A stretch of DNA of 64,000 nt from Sphingomonadaceae bacterium (GTDB lineage Bacteria > Chloroflexota > UBA6077): assembly GCA_050261575.1 (NCBI GenBank), contig JBLNDL010000050.1, positions 1 through 64,000 on the forward strand. Reading direction: 5' to 3'. Shown here piece after piece: positions 20,550 through 29,673 of the stretch. Position numbers and translations under genes: made by a program. Every line of letters starts with the position of its first letter. Position 1 is the stretch's first letter. The notes beneath the pieces were generated by a model. It did not search any database, was not told the DNA's origin, and saw only the letters and a list, made by a program, of their open reading frames with translations.

Positions 20550-20995
20550 GACGACACTCCCTGAGTGCCGAGATGGCCTAGGTCGCACACCCGGCCAGGA
20601 GGTAGATGGATAACGTGGATCGGCCCGCCGATGAAATGGGGAACTTGGTAGCTAATGCTAGCACCTTGGTTGAAGTAGCGTCAACCGACATCCGCTTTGG
20701 TGATTTGCTGTCTGCGGATACCCACCTGATACGAGGCCGGGTGCTTGCGTTAGAGAATCGTTGCTAAGCCTATGTCGTACTTCAGCGCTACTGTTCGGTT
20801 CTTATTGAACCACAGCCATCAGCAAAACTGGTGTTGAGTGAGCGGATGGGGTGTGATTCTACTCTAAGGCTATAGCGCTGATGTGAAACACATATACCAT
20901 CCCAAGTTCTCCAGCTTAATGCGTAACCCGTTCAACAAGAGGCTAATGATGACCGTGAACCGGTCTATTAGACGGATTAGTGCTATAAGATAGAC

Positions 20996-21025
20996 GAGAC
21001 CCACGAGCTCGAGCTCGTGGGTCTC
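20996..21025 (-). terminator. Perfect 30-bp palindrome downstream of tRNA-Pro (part of att)
   Basis: gagacccacgagctcgagctcgtgggtctc; the copy at 8186-8215 is followed by a U-rich tail on the minus strand. Confidence 0.65.
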
Positions 21026-21028
21026 TCC

Positions 21029-21106
21029 TGGTCGGGGCGAGTGGATTTGAACCACCGGCCTCAGCGTCCCGAACGCTGCGCGCTAACCAGGCTGCGCTAC
21101 GCCCCG
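21029..21106 (-). tRNA. tRNA-Pro(CGG)
   Basis: Reverse complement CGGGGCGTAGCGCAGCCTGGTTAGCGCGCAGCGTTCGGGACGCTGAGGCCGGTGGTTCAAATCCACTCGCCCCGACCA; cloverleaf, anticodon CGG, encoded CCA. Confidence 0.97.
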
Positions 21107-21318
21107 ACGACGAATAGATTCTACCACACCGCCCCTACGACGGCAATCGAAACCGCAACCAGTGACGCGATCCCGCGCCCGCCGGATCGCCCGAAACGAG
21201 AGGCTGTGCTCGCTGGCCTCGCGTGCCCGCTCGCGTCACGCCTGCCCCGCCGCCCGGCGCATTGGACGCACCCGGCGGGGGTGAACCCCCGCCGCAGGTC
21301 CCATTCAAAACGGCGCAC

Positions 21319-23229
21319 TCATGGGGTCAGCTCCACCTGGTAGCGGTAGCGGGCGAGCTCCGTGGTGTAGCGGTTCAGGGCGGAGACCACCACCACCGCC
21401 CCGTCGAGCCGACCGTCCCGATTGTCGATCTCGATCTCGGCCTCCTGAGCGGCGGAGACGGGCACCGGCTCCACGGTGACCCCGTCCCGGCCGAAGCGGA
21501 TCAACTGAAGCGAGAAGCGCTCGGGCAGCAATCCGTCGGTCCGGACGAAGCCATCCGCGAACCACCCACCGTCGGAGTCCTCCGCGTCGCTGAAGTACCC
21601 CAACTCCGGTATCGAGATGTCGTCCACGGCGAAGCCCGGTGCGTTGTAGGCGTCGTCGGTCACCGCCTCGAATCGTATCAGGATGATATCTCCGGCGTAC
21701 GGAGTGAGGTCAACGGACTGGTATCGCCACTGCCCCGCCTCGGCGCCCACGCTCCTGCCGGTGAAGCCGTGCCCCAGGTTGTTCCCGTTGGGGTCGGCAG
21801 CGGTCGTGTCCTGGGTGGCCAGGGTCGACCAGGTCAGGCCGCCGTCTCGGGAGACCATCACGTAGCCGTAGTCGTAGCCGTCCTCCAGGTCGTACCAGAC
21901 CCAGAAGCCCAGCGTGGCGCGGGAGACTCCCCGCAGATCGAAGATGCGGGTCAGCTTGGTGTCCGCCATGTCCCCCCGGTTGCTCCACCAGAAGCTGCGG
22001 CCGCTGCGGGCTTCGGCCGCGATCACGCGGGTGGTCTGCTCCCCCCGCAGCCGAAGCCTCGCGCGCGACCAACGACCGGAAAGCTCCAGGTAGTCGGCCG
22101 CAAAGTGATGGACGGTCCGGTCCCGCCATTCGGTGGTGGCGGTGATGCGATCCGATGGCTGCACCTGCACCCTCAGCTTGCCGTAGCGGTGGCGAGGGTC
22201 CTGCGCGCTCCGTTCGTCCAGGTAGTTGGCTACCACCCACTCCTCGAAGATCTCCTCGAAGGAGGAGCGCTGCCCGGTATCGGACATGAAGCGCTCGAAG
22301 GTCTCGATGCCCCGAGTGTTGCCCCACAGCAGGTCGTCTGCCACCTCGTACCCGCCAAAGCGCTCCAGGAAGTAGCTGAGGAACAGATAGGCAGCCCCGT
22401 AGTGGGGGGCCACGTTGCCCTTCATGTCGGACCAGGCGTTCAACTGGGTGTCGGGCTCCGCCTCGAAGGCCTTGGCCGAGCTGCTGCCCCTCAGACCTGC
22501 CGCCTCGGTGGCCAACTCGGCAGCCCCCTCCTTCACCCAGGTCTGCTCCCGCTTGTTGGTCTTCCAATGGATCATGTGCTCGAACTCGTGTGCCAGGATC
22601 CCGTAGTAGTCGGCAGAACCGAGCGGGGCTGCGTCCACGCTTATGTAAATCACCTTGCGCTCGTTGCTGTAGGACTGCACGACCCGAGGGTAGTCGTCCA
22701 CCGAGGTGAAGTAGCCGCCGAGGCCGGGGATGCTGGCGTGGAGAATGGTCACCCTGGGATCGCCGTCCAGCCCAACGTCCCGCTCGGAGCCAAAGTAGCT
22801 CCGGTTGGCCGCGTAGATCCGCTCCTCGAAGACCCGGCCCGCCTCCTGGAGCCGCGCCTGATCCACCCTGACGCCGTCGACGACGTACAGGTAGGCGTGA
22901 GGTGTCACCACCCGCAGCGTGGCCTCGACGGAGTAGTACCGATCGTTCGCATCGTCCGCCACCCAGAATGCCTCCCTGTCTCCCGGCTGACGCTCCACAG
23001 GCGTCGATGGGACCACAGGGTCCACTACCTCCAGGGGAATCCCCCTCACCCGCGTCGCCAGGTCCCCCAGGTCGCGCCAGGGCAGCGAGGTCCGCCGCAG
23101 CGACTCCTCGGCGGCGACGGGAGGTGCAGCGACGGCGGGCGAGGGTTGGCCCAGCCACAGGAGAGCCCCTCCCTGCAACAGTAGGGGCAGGAGCAGGATC
23201 GAGAAGAGAGTGTGCTTCAATTCAGCCAT
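21319..23229 (-). CDS. Secreted zinc metallopeptidase, immune inhibitor A / M6-M30-like
   Basis: Signal-peptide-like N-terminus; LAHEFEHMIH, WVKEG; C-terminal WYDLEDGYDYGYV...GFAVDDISI beta domain. Confidence 0.82.
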   Translation of the reverse strand: MAELKHTLFSILLLPLLLQGGALLWLGQPSPAVAAPPVAAEESLRRTSLPWRDLGDLATRVRGIPLEVVDPVVPSTPVERQPGDREAFWVADDANDRYYSVEATLRVVTPHAYLYVVDGVRVDQARLQEAGRVFEERIYAANRSYFGSERDVGLDGDPRVTILHASIPGLGGYFTSVDDYPRVVQSYSNERKVIYISVDAAPLGSADYYGILAHEFEHMIHWKTNKREQTWVKEGAAELATEAAGLRGSSSAKAFEAEPDTQLNAWSDMKGNVAPHYGAAYLFLSYFLERFGGYEVADDLLWGNTRGIETFERFMSDTGQRSSFEEIFEEWVVANYLDERSAQDPRHRYGKLRVQVQPSDRITATTEWRDRTVHHFAADYLELSGRWSRARLRLRGEQTTRVIAAEARSGRSFWWSNRGDMADTKLTRIFDLRGVSRATLGFWVWYDLEDGYDYGYVMVSRDGGLTWSTLATQDTTAADPNGNNLGHGFTGRSVGAEAGQWRYQSVDLTPYAGDIILIRFEAVTDDAYNAPGFAVDDISIPELGYFSDAEDSDGGWFADGFVRTDGLLPERFSLQLIRFGRDGVTVEPVPVSAAQEAEIEIDNRDGRLDGAVVVVSALNRYTTELARYRYQVELTP

Positions 23230-23250
23230 CAGCCATTGGCGGCTTCTAGG

Positions 23251-23361
23251 TCCCAGGACATTCGTTCCGAGCCAGCGTGCCACAACCACCTCGGGAACCG
23301 TGGACATCCCCACGGCATCCGCACCTATTTGGCGCAAGAAGCGAGCCTCGGCTGCCGGCGT
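23251..23361 (-). pseudogene. punA: Purine nucleoside phosphorylase fragment
   Basis: TPAAEARFLRQIGADAVGMSTVPEVVVARWLGTNVLG matches the trimeric PNP signature; the rest of the gene is absent. Confidence 0.85.
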
Positions 23362-23383
23362 TGGGGACAACGCCAGCGGTCGA

Positions 23384-23445
23384 TGGCTTCGCCTTGCGGG
23401 GAGTCGACCTCCGCGACCCGCCGGGGCCGAGGCAACCCCGACCAC
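23384..23445. repeat. 62-bp dispersed element, copy B
   Basis: Aligns without gaps to copies A and C. Confidence 0.7.
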
Positions 23446-23479
23446 GCCACGACAGCAGACCAGTTGGCGCCACCGGTCC

Positions 23480-24181
23480 CTACTCCCCGCCGGTGCTGGT
23501 CAGCAACGGCAGCAACTCCTCCAGGCTCCGGATCACGGGGCAGTCCAGATCCCTCCATACCCTCTCCCGATCGATCAAGACAGCATCCAGCCCCGCGCCC
23601 CGGGCCCCCAGGACGTCCACCTCGTACAGGTCCCCCACGTACAGCGCCTCTCCGGCGGAGACACCCATCCTATCCAGCGCCACGGCAAATATGCGGGGAT
23701 CGGGCTTCTGGACGCCGGCGGCCTGGGAAGAGATAACGACCTCGAGGAAGGGCAGCAGGCCCGCCTGGGAGAGGAGATCGGAAACGGTGATGGACCCGTT
23801 GGAGACGACGCCCAGTCGGAAGCCCGTCTCCCGCAGGCGGCGGCACACCTCCTCCGCCTCGGGGTAGGGTTGCCACACCCCCTCCCGCCCGAAACCGTGG
23901 GAGAGGAAGGCAGCCTTCTCGCCCTTGGGGTCCTCGATCCCAAGGTAGCGAAGGGCCTCGCCGTGGTATCGGTGCCAGAACTCGCCCTGGTCCCCCGTGT
24001 AGCCCAGGTAGTTCTGCGAGTAGTAGCGCTCCGACTGCCGGCAGGCCTCACGGGCCTCCTCCAGGCCGATGGCCTCCCCGATCTGCGCGCACAGCTCCTG
24101 CAGGATCTCCTCGGGCCGGCGCGGCATGTAGATCAGGGTATTGCCGGCATCGAAGAGGACCGTGGTCGTCCGAGCCCGCAT
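23480..24181 (-). CDS. HAD-IA family hydrolase
   Basis: LFDAGNTL, VVSN, KPDPRIF, YVGDLYEVDVLGA. Confidence 0.9.
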   Translation of the reverse strand: MRARTTTVLFDAGNTLIYMPRRPEEILQELCAQIGEAIGLEEAREACRQSERYYSQNYLGYTGDQGEFWHRYHGEALRYLGIEDPKGEKAAFLSHGFGREGVWQPYPEAEEVCRRLRETGFRLGVVSNGSITVSDLLSQAGLLPFLEVVISSQAAGVQKPDPRIFAVALDRMGVSAGEALYVGDLYEVDVLGARGAGLDAVLIDRERVWRDLDCPVIRSLEELLPLLTSTGGE

Positions 24182-25132
24182 CTACTTGGCTCGAGGGTGG
24201 GCGGTCTCGTAGAGCCGTTTCAGCCCGTCCTCGCTCGGGTAGGTGTAGATCTGGGTGGTGGAGATGTGCGCATGGCCCAGCAACTGCTGCACCGCCCGCA
24301 GGTCAACCCCGTTCCTCAGCATGTGAAGGGCAAAGGAGTGGCGCAAAGTGTGGGGGGTGATCTCGGTGGTGATGCCGGCCTCTCTGGCCCACTGCTTCAG
24401 GATGAGCCAGAAGCCCTGGCGGGTCAGCCTGTCTCCGCGGTGGTTGACGAACAGGGCAGGCTCTTCGGGGTCGCGCACGAGGAAGGGTCTCGCCTTCTCC
24501 AGATAGTTGTGCACCGCCTTGATCGCGGTGGAGTGGATGGGGATGGTCCGCTGTCGGGGGGCCTTGCCGGCGGTGCGGCCAGCACAACTGACGGAGCCGT
24601 TCTCCAGATCGACGTCGCCCAAGTTGAGGGAGACGAGCTCGGTGACCCTCATGCCCGTGGCGTATAGGAGTTCGAACATCGCCTTGTCTCGCACGGCCTC
24701 TGGGGTAGTGGCGCGGGTCGGCGCCTCCAGCAGCTCGTCGATCTCCTCAACGGACGCAGCCCTGGGCAACGACTTGTTGATGCGGGGGGAGTCTATGCTG
24801 GCGGTCGGGTCCTCGGAGATGAAACCCTTGGATGCGAGGAAGTGGAAGAAGGACTTGATGGCGGCGGTCTTCCTGGCGATGGTAGAGGGGGTATAGCCCT
24901 TCTCTCGCAGATGGAGGAAGAACCCCATCACGGAATCCCGACCCATCCCGAACAGGGGGTCCTCGCCCTCCCGGGCCCCACTGGCCGGCCCGTTTCCCTC
25001 GGTCTGAGCGCAGTAGGAAGAGAGATACTCCGAGAACTGGTTCAGATCGTTGTGGTAAGCTGCCAGCGTGTTGGCAGCGAGGCCTCTCTCTGCCGCGAGG
25101 TATCCGAGAAAGGCGTTCACCTTCTGCTTCAT
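24182..25132 (-). CDS. xerD: Site-specific tyrosine recombinase XerD
   Basis: ERGLAANTLAAY, LLYATGMRVTEL, LTRQGFW, TPHTLRHSFA, LLGHAHISTTQIY. Confidence 0.88.
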   Translation of the reverse strand: MKQKVNAFLGYLAAERGLAANTLAAYHNDLNQFSEYLSSYCAQTEGNGPASGAREGEDPLFGMGRDSVMGFFLHLREKGYTPSTIARKTAAIKSFFHFLASKGFISEDPTASIDSPRINKSLPRAASVEEIDELLEAPTRATTPEAVRDKAMFELLYATGMRVTELVSLNLGDVDLENGSVSCAGRTAGKAPRQRTIPIHSTAIKAVHNYLEKARPFLVRDPEEPALFVNHRGDRLTRQGFWLILKQWAREAGITTEITPHTLRHSFALHMLRNGVDLRAVQQLLGHAHISTTQIYTYPSEDGLKRLYETAHPRAK

Positions 25133-25317
25133 CAGGGGAAAACCTCCACCGACGACACGTCTGTAGTGCCGCGGGCGAGTTTACCATAAGGCCTACAAAA
25201 AAGTCACGCCGCGCGGCGGTTACCGCCAGGGGAACCCATTATAGTAGGATTCACATCGATGGACTAATCCTCGCCAGGCCTCCTACCGAATCTGAAGTGT
25301 GGAAGGGAGTCACAGGG

Positions 25318-26652
25318 ATGGGTGCAACCCGCCAGCTAGCCGACTTCGTGGCGTCCACCTCTTTCGAGCAGCTTCCCCCGGAGGTGGTGCGAGAGGGGAA
25401 GAGGTGCGTCCTGAACTACCTGGGCGTGGCGCTGGGGGCTTCGCGACACGAGGCGGTGCGGCTGCTGGCCGATGCCGCTCAGGAGATCGGTGGGCACCCT
25501 CAGGCGACGATCCTGGGTGCCCGCACCAAGACCTCCGCCGTCAACGCGGCCTTGGTCAACGGCGCCATGTCTCACGTCCTGGACTACGACGATACTCACC
25601 TGGACACAATCATTCATCCCACGGGGCCGGTCCTCTCGGCCGCCCTGCCGCTGGCCGAGTGGAAGGGACTGGGTGGGAGGGATCTCATAGTCGGCCTCGC
25701 CCTCGGCATGGAGGTTGAGTTGCGGGTGGGCGTGGCCGTCTACCCGTCGCACTACGACGTGGGCTGGCACATCACGGGCACCGCGGGCTGCTTCGGCGCC
25801 GCCGCCGCCTGCGGTCGGCTCCTGGGTTTGGACTCCGGGCGACTAGCCTATGCCCTGGGGCTCGCCGGAACCCAGGCCTCCGGCCTGCGGGAGATGTTCG
25901 GCTACATGGCCAAGTCGTTCCACGTCGGCAAGGCCGCCTCCAACGGGCTGCTTTCCGCCCTGCTGGCGGAGCGGGGCTTCACCGCCTCCCAGGAGGTGCT
26001 GGAGGCCAGGCGCGGCTTCTGCGCGGTCCAGGCCGCCAGCTACGACCTCGACAGGGCGGTGGACGGGCTCGGCAGCAGGTACCTGATGCTGGAGAACGGC
26101 TTCAAGCCGTACGCCTGCGGCGTGGTCACCCACCCGACCATCGACGGGGTGAGAAGGCTGCGACGGCGCCACGACCTCAAGCCCTCCGAGGTGCGGGAGA
26201 TCGAGGTTCGGGTGCACCCCCTCGTGCTGGAGCTCACGGGCAAGCGGGAGCCCCGCACCGGCCTGGAGGGAAAGTTCAGCATCTTCTTCTGCGCCGCCAT
26301 CGCCTTGATCGAGGGGAACGCTCGGCAGGGGCAGTTCACGGACGAGAAGGTGAGCCGCGCCGACGTGGTGGCGCTGAGGGAGCGGGTGCGCGCCGTGGTC
26401 GAGCCGGGGCTGCGAGAGAACCAGGCCATCGTGACCGTGCGGACTCACGACGGACGGGAGCTGGTGGAGCGGGTCGAGGCGGCCTCGGGGACCCCTGGGA
26501 GCCCGGTGTCCGACGAGGAGCTGAAGGAGAAGTTCATGGAGCTGGTGGCTCCCATCCTGCCCCTGGAGAGGGCGGAGCGGTTGGTGGAATCCGTCGGACG
26601 GCTCGAGCGCATGGAGGATGTCTCCCCTCTGCTGGAACTGGCGGCGCCGTGA
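25318..26652 (+). CDS. MmgE/PrpD family protein
   Basis: NGAMSHVLDYDDTH, GWHITG, KSFHVG, FKPYACG, GKFS. Confidence 0.9.
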   Translation: MGATRQLADFVASTSFEQLPPEVVREGKRCVLNYLGVALGASRHEAVRLLADAAQEIGGHPQATILGARTKTSAVNAALVNGAMSHVLDYDDTHLDTIIHPTGPVLSAALPLAEWKGLGGRDLIVGLALGMEVELRVGVAVYPSHYDVGWHITGTAGCFGAAAACGRLLGLDSGRLAYALGLAGTQASGLREMFGYMAKSFHVGKAASNGLLSALLAERGFTASQEVLEARRGFCAVQAASYDLDRAVDGLGSRYLMLENGFKPYACGVVTHPTIDGVRRLRRRHDLKPSEVREIEVRVHPLVLELTGKREPRTGLEGKFSIFFCAAIALIEGNARQGQFTDEKVSRADVVALRERVRAVVEPGLRENQAIVTVRTHDGRELVERVEAASGTPGSPVSDEELKEKFMELVAPILPLERAERLVESVGRLERMEDVSPLLELAAP

Positions 26653-26698
26653 ATGCCGGCCGGGGCACGGCTAGTGCACTCCCCCCGGTCGAAGGGTC

Positions 26699-26726
26699 TT
26701 GACATCGCTGCGGGATAGCCTAATAT
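26699..26726 (+). promoter_or_regulatory. Sigma70-type promoter
   Basis: TTGACA-16-TAATAT. Confidence 0.6.
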
Positions 26727-26786
26727 GAGGTTGGTGGCGACAGCTACGAGGATGGTTGAGCAGGAGACCAACGGAGGAAAGCGCCG

Positions 26787-27020
26787 ATGCAGCGGGCATA
26801 CGTTTTGATCGAGACGGTCGGAGGACAGAGCAAGGCAGTGGTGGATGCTCTGCGTCGGGTTTCGGGCATCGTCGCGGCCGATGTCGTGACGGGACCTTAC
26901 GACGCGATCGCCGTCGCCCAGGGAGACGATGCCAACTCCATCGGACGTCTGGTGCTCAACGAGGTGCGAGGCATCCCGGGGATAACCAAGACCATGACCT
27001 GTCTGGCTGTCGACTCCTAG
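26787..27020 (+). CDS. Stand-alone Lrp/AsnC ligand-binding domain protein
   Basis: RAYVLIET...VVTGPYDAIA...IPGITKTMTC; GGAGG RBS. Confidence 0.9.
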   Translation: MQRAYVLIETVGGQSKAVVDALRRVSGIVAADVVTGPYDAIAVAQGDDANSIGRLVLNEVRGIPGITKTMTCLAVDS

Positions 27021-27062
27021 AGTCCGGACGAAACCAGCAGGGGTCTGCTGGGGAGAACTGCG

Positions 27063-27347
27063 ATGAGCGGGGTGGAACCTTGGAACGTCAAGTCAATAGA
27101 GGGCCAGAGGGGCGAGCGGCAGGCTAGGATCAAGCCCTACAGCGAGGTGCAACTCTTCTTCCTGCTCCGACTGGAGCGACTGCTGCGTGTGCGCCGGGAG
27201 CACGCCGCCCTCGCCAGCTCCAGCGACTGGTGGGCGAAGCTGCTGAACAAGGCGATCTACTCCACCTACTGCGATTGCATCGAACTGGGCGTGGGCGAGG
27301 ACGCTAGAAGCCTGTTTGCCCGCGACCAAGCGACGGCTCAGAGCTAG
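27063..27347 (+). CDS. Hypothetical helical protein
   Basis: GGAG RBS; protein-like composition (LLNKAIYSTYCDCIELG). Confidence 0.7.
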   Translation: MSGVEPWNVKSIEGQRGERQARIKPYSEVQLFFLLRLERLLRVRREHAALASSSDWWAKLLNKAIYSTYCDCIELGVGEDARSLFARDQATAQS

Positions 27348-27575
27348 CCGGGCGCTCTCCCCTGGATTCAGCCGGTGCTCCCTCTGCCCGTAGAGGGCTT
27401 CGATATAGTGCGGCCGCCTTTCGCGCCGAACGAGCGGCGGCGAGAGGCTGGCCCCGCTGTCCGATACTCGCTCGGTGCGTCGTTCCAGAAGTCAGGAGGC
27501 GGGGGCTCGCAACACTTGTACTCGCTCGCGTTACGAGCCCCCGCCCTGCATCATCGAATTCGCTGAGCGACGCGC

Positions 27576-28667
27576 TCAACTGGCCCGCTTGAAGGCCCGT
27601 CTCCGCCGCATCAGGTCCACGAACGCCTCGATCCTCGTCACGAAGCCAGCCCTTCCCATCTGCTCGTCCAGCACGATGGACAACACCGGAATCTCGTGGT
27701 CCTTGGTCACTGTCGGCAGGATGCTCTGCGCGATGATCTCCGGCATGCAGGTGAAGGGCAGCAGGTGGATGACGCCGTCGAAGCCCTCCCGCTGGTGGAG
27801 GATCGTCTCTCCCAAGGTCTGCACGGCGTCGCCGCTCACGTCCCGGCTGAGGTAGGGCGCCGCCGCCTTCTTCACCTTCCGGCCGTGGCTCAGCCCCAGC
27901 GCCTCCAGGAACAGCCAGGTCCAGGCCCAGTCGCTGAAGGAGGCGTGCCTCACCACCTCCACCCCCATCTTGCCCAGCATGTCCTCCACGTCGTGGTTCA
28001 CGAAGGGCTCGATCACCATGAAGAACTCCCCCAGCAGCGCCACACGCAGGGGGTCGGCATCAGGGTTTCGGGGTAGGGCGTCGTACTCGGCGACGATCTC
28101 GGCCTTGACTCGCTTCAGATCCGCAGGGGTCCACGCTGCCGCCACCCGTTTGCCGGCCGTCCGCCAGATGCGGGTAACCTCGGCCGGCTTCATCACCCTG
28201 GGCCGCAGGTGGTGGGCCATCCGCTCCAACTCGTCCATCACCTTCAGTTGCGACAGCCCGAACTTGATGTCCCCTGCGATCTGCGGCCAGGATCGGTTGG
28301 GCAGCACCTGCCGTAGGAACTCTCCGAGCGCGACGATCTGCTTCTCCTGCCAGTCGAAGGTCAGCATCTGGAACTGGTACCCGGCGTCGCGCAGGATCTG
28401 ATCGGCGACCTTGGCGTAGTACCCCAGGCGGCACAGACCCGGCCCGGCCACGTAGAGCAGGGTGTCGGCACCCGCCTCCAGCCCCTCGATGAAGTTGCCC
28501 AGATTCAGCTTGAACGGCAGACAGACCCACTCGGGCGAGTACTTCACTCCCAGGGATAGGGTCTGCTTGCTGGTGAGCGGGGGGACGATGCACTCCACCC
28601 CGGCCTTGGCGAAGACCGTCGAAAGAGGAACCCACGCCTGCCCAGCGTGGGGAAAAGTCACTTTCAT
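27576..28667 (-). CDS. CoA protein activase / 2-hydroxyacyl-CoA dehydratase-related protein
   Basis: MKVTFPH, SPEWVCLPFK, GLCRLGYY, GEFFMVIEPFVN, PFTCMPE, DEQMGRAGFVTRIEAFVD. Confidence 0.8.
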   Translation of the reverse strand: MKVTFPHAGQAWVPLSTVFAKAGVECIVPPLTSKQTLSLGVKYSPEWVCLPFKLNLGNFIEGLEAGADTLLYVAGPGLCRLGYYAKVADQILRDAGYQFQMLTFDWQEKQIVALGEFLRQVLPNRSWPQIAGDIKFGLSQLKVMDELERMAHHLRPRVMKPAEVTRIWRTAGKRVAAAWTPADLKRVKAEIVAEYDALPRNPDADPLRVALLGEFFMVIEPFVNHDVEDMLGKMGVEVVRHASFSDWAWTWLFLEALGLSHGRKVKKAAAPYLSRDVSGDAVQTLGETILHQREGFDGVIHLLPFTCMPEIIAQSILPTVTKDHEIPVLSIVLDEQMGRAGFVTRIEAFVDLMRRRRAFKRAS

Positions 28668-28697
28668 CCTGTGTCTGCCCTCCGCACGCGCTGAGTC

Positions 28698-29672
28698 TCA
28701 GGTGATCCGACGGACCACGAAGCTCGCCAGCTCCAGCAGCGCCCGGCGAACCTCTCCGTCGGGCAACGTGTCCAGTGCCGAGCAGGCGTCCTCCGCCAGC
28801 CGCTCCGCCTCCTGGTATGCTTGGTCGATGCCGCCGCCCTGCCGGATCGTCTCCAGCAGCATCTGGATCGGCTCCTCCCTGTGGCCGTCGCCCAGGAAGG
28901 CCGCTCGGAAGACCGACTCGGGGAGCTGGTCGCGCACGAGTATCGCGGGGAGCGTCACGGTGCCCTGGCGCACGTCACTCCCCACCGGCTTGCCCAAGCT
29001 CTGCTCGTCGCCAACCACGTCCAGGATGTCGTCCACGATCTGAAATGCCAGCCCAAGCTGGTAGCCGTAGTGGGTGAGAGCGACCACGGCCGCCGGGGAG
29101 GCGCCGCTCAACATGCTGCCCCCCTCCGCGGCCAGCGCGAAGAGCGCCGCCGTCTTGTTTCCGATCCGCCGAAGGTACTGCTCCCTGGTCAGGTTGATCC
29201 CGCCATCGGACCAGGCCTCGTCGACTTGGCCGCCGATGACCGCCATGGAGGAGCGCGCGAAGCTGCTGATGACATCCAAGTTGCCGGTGGCCGCCGTGTG
29301 GGCCGCCGACTGCGCGAACATGTAGTCGCCGACCAGGACGGCGATGGAGTTGCTGACCTGCCTGTTCAGGGTGGGCTCGCCGCGCCGCACACCGGCCTCA
29401 TCCACGATGTCGTCGTGAACCAAGGTGGCCGTGTGCAGCATCTCCAGGGCGGCGGCGAAGGATATCAACGGCTCCGGATGGTACTCGTGCACCCTACCGC
29501 AGAGAAGCGCCAGGGCAGGCCGCAGCCTCTTGCCACTGCCGGGCAGGACCAAGCCGAGCAGGTGACGCATCAGCGGCTGCTCCACCTCCACGGCTCGCGC
29601 CAGGGTTCTCTCGACGGCGGCCAGATCGTTTTGCACCAGAGCGAAAAACGTTGCGGTCGATGTCGGGCCCAA
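28698..29672 (-). CDS. Polyprenyl diphosphate synthase
   Basis: GKRLRP, LVHDDIVD, KTA, FQIVDDILD, GKPVGSD; TTG start after GAGGGG. Confidence 0.93.
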   Translation of the reverse strand: MGPTSTATFFALVQNDLAAVERTLARAVEVEQPLMRHLLGLVLPGSGKRLRPALALLCGRVHEYHPEPLISFAAALEMLHTATLVHDDIVDEAGVRRGEPTLNRQVSNSIAVLVGDYMFAQSAAHTAATGNLDVISSFARSSMAVIGGQVDEAWSDGGINLTREQYLRRIGNKTAALFALAAEGGSMLSGASPAAVVALTHYGYQLGLAFQIVDDILDVVGDEQSLGKPVGSDVRQGTVTLPAILVRDQLPESVFRAAFLGDGHREEPIQMLLETIRQGGGIDQAYQEAERLAEDACSALDTLPDGEVRRALLELASFVVRRIT

Positions 29673-29673
29673 A

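Larger units (their letters stand above)
8186..21069. mobile_element. Genomic (defence) island integrated at tRNA-Pro(CGG); no integrase within it
   Basis: 74-bp direct repeats 12,810 bp apart, one overlapping the intact tRNA; cargo is defence-type genes. Confidence 0.88.

Noticed and set aside
24182..25132. xerD as the island's integrase
   Set aside because: It lies outside the att repeats, has housekeeping XerD signatures and sits in core-gene context.
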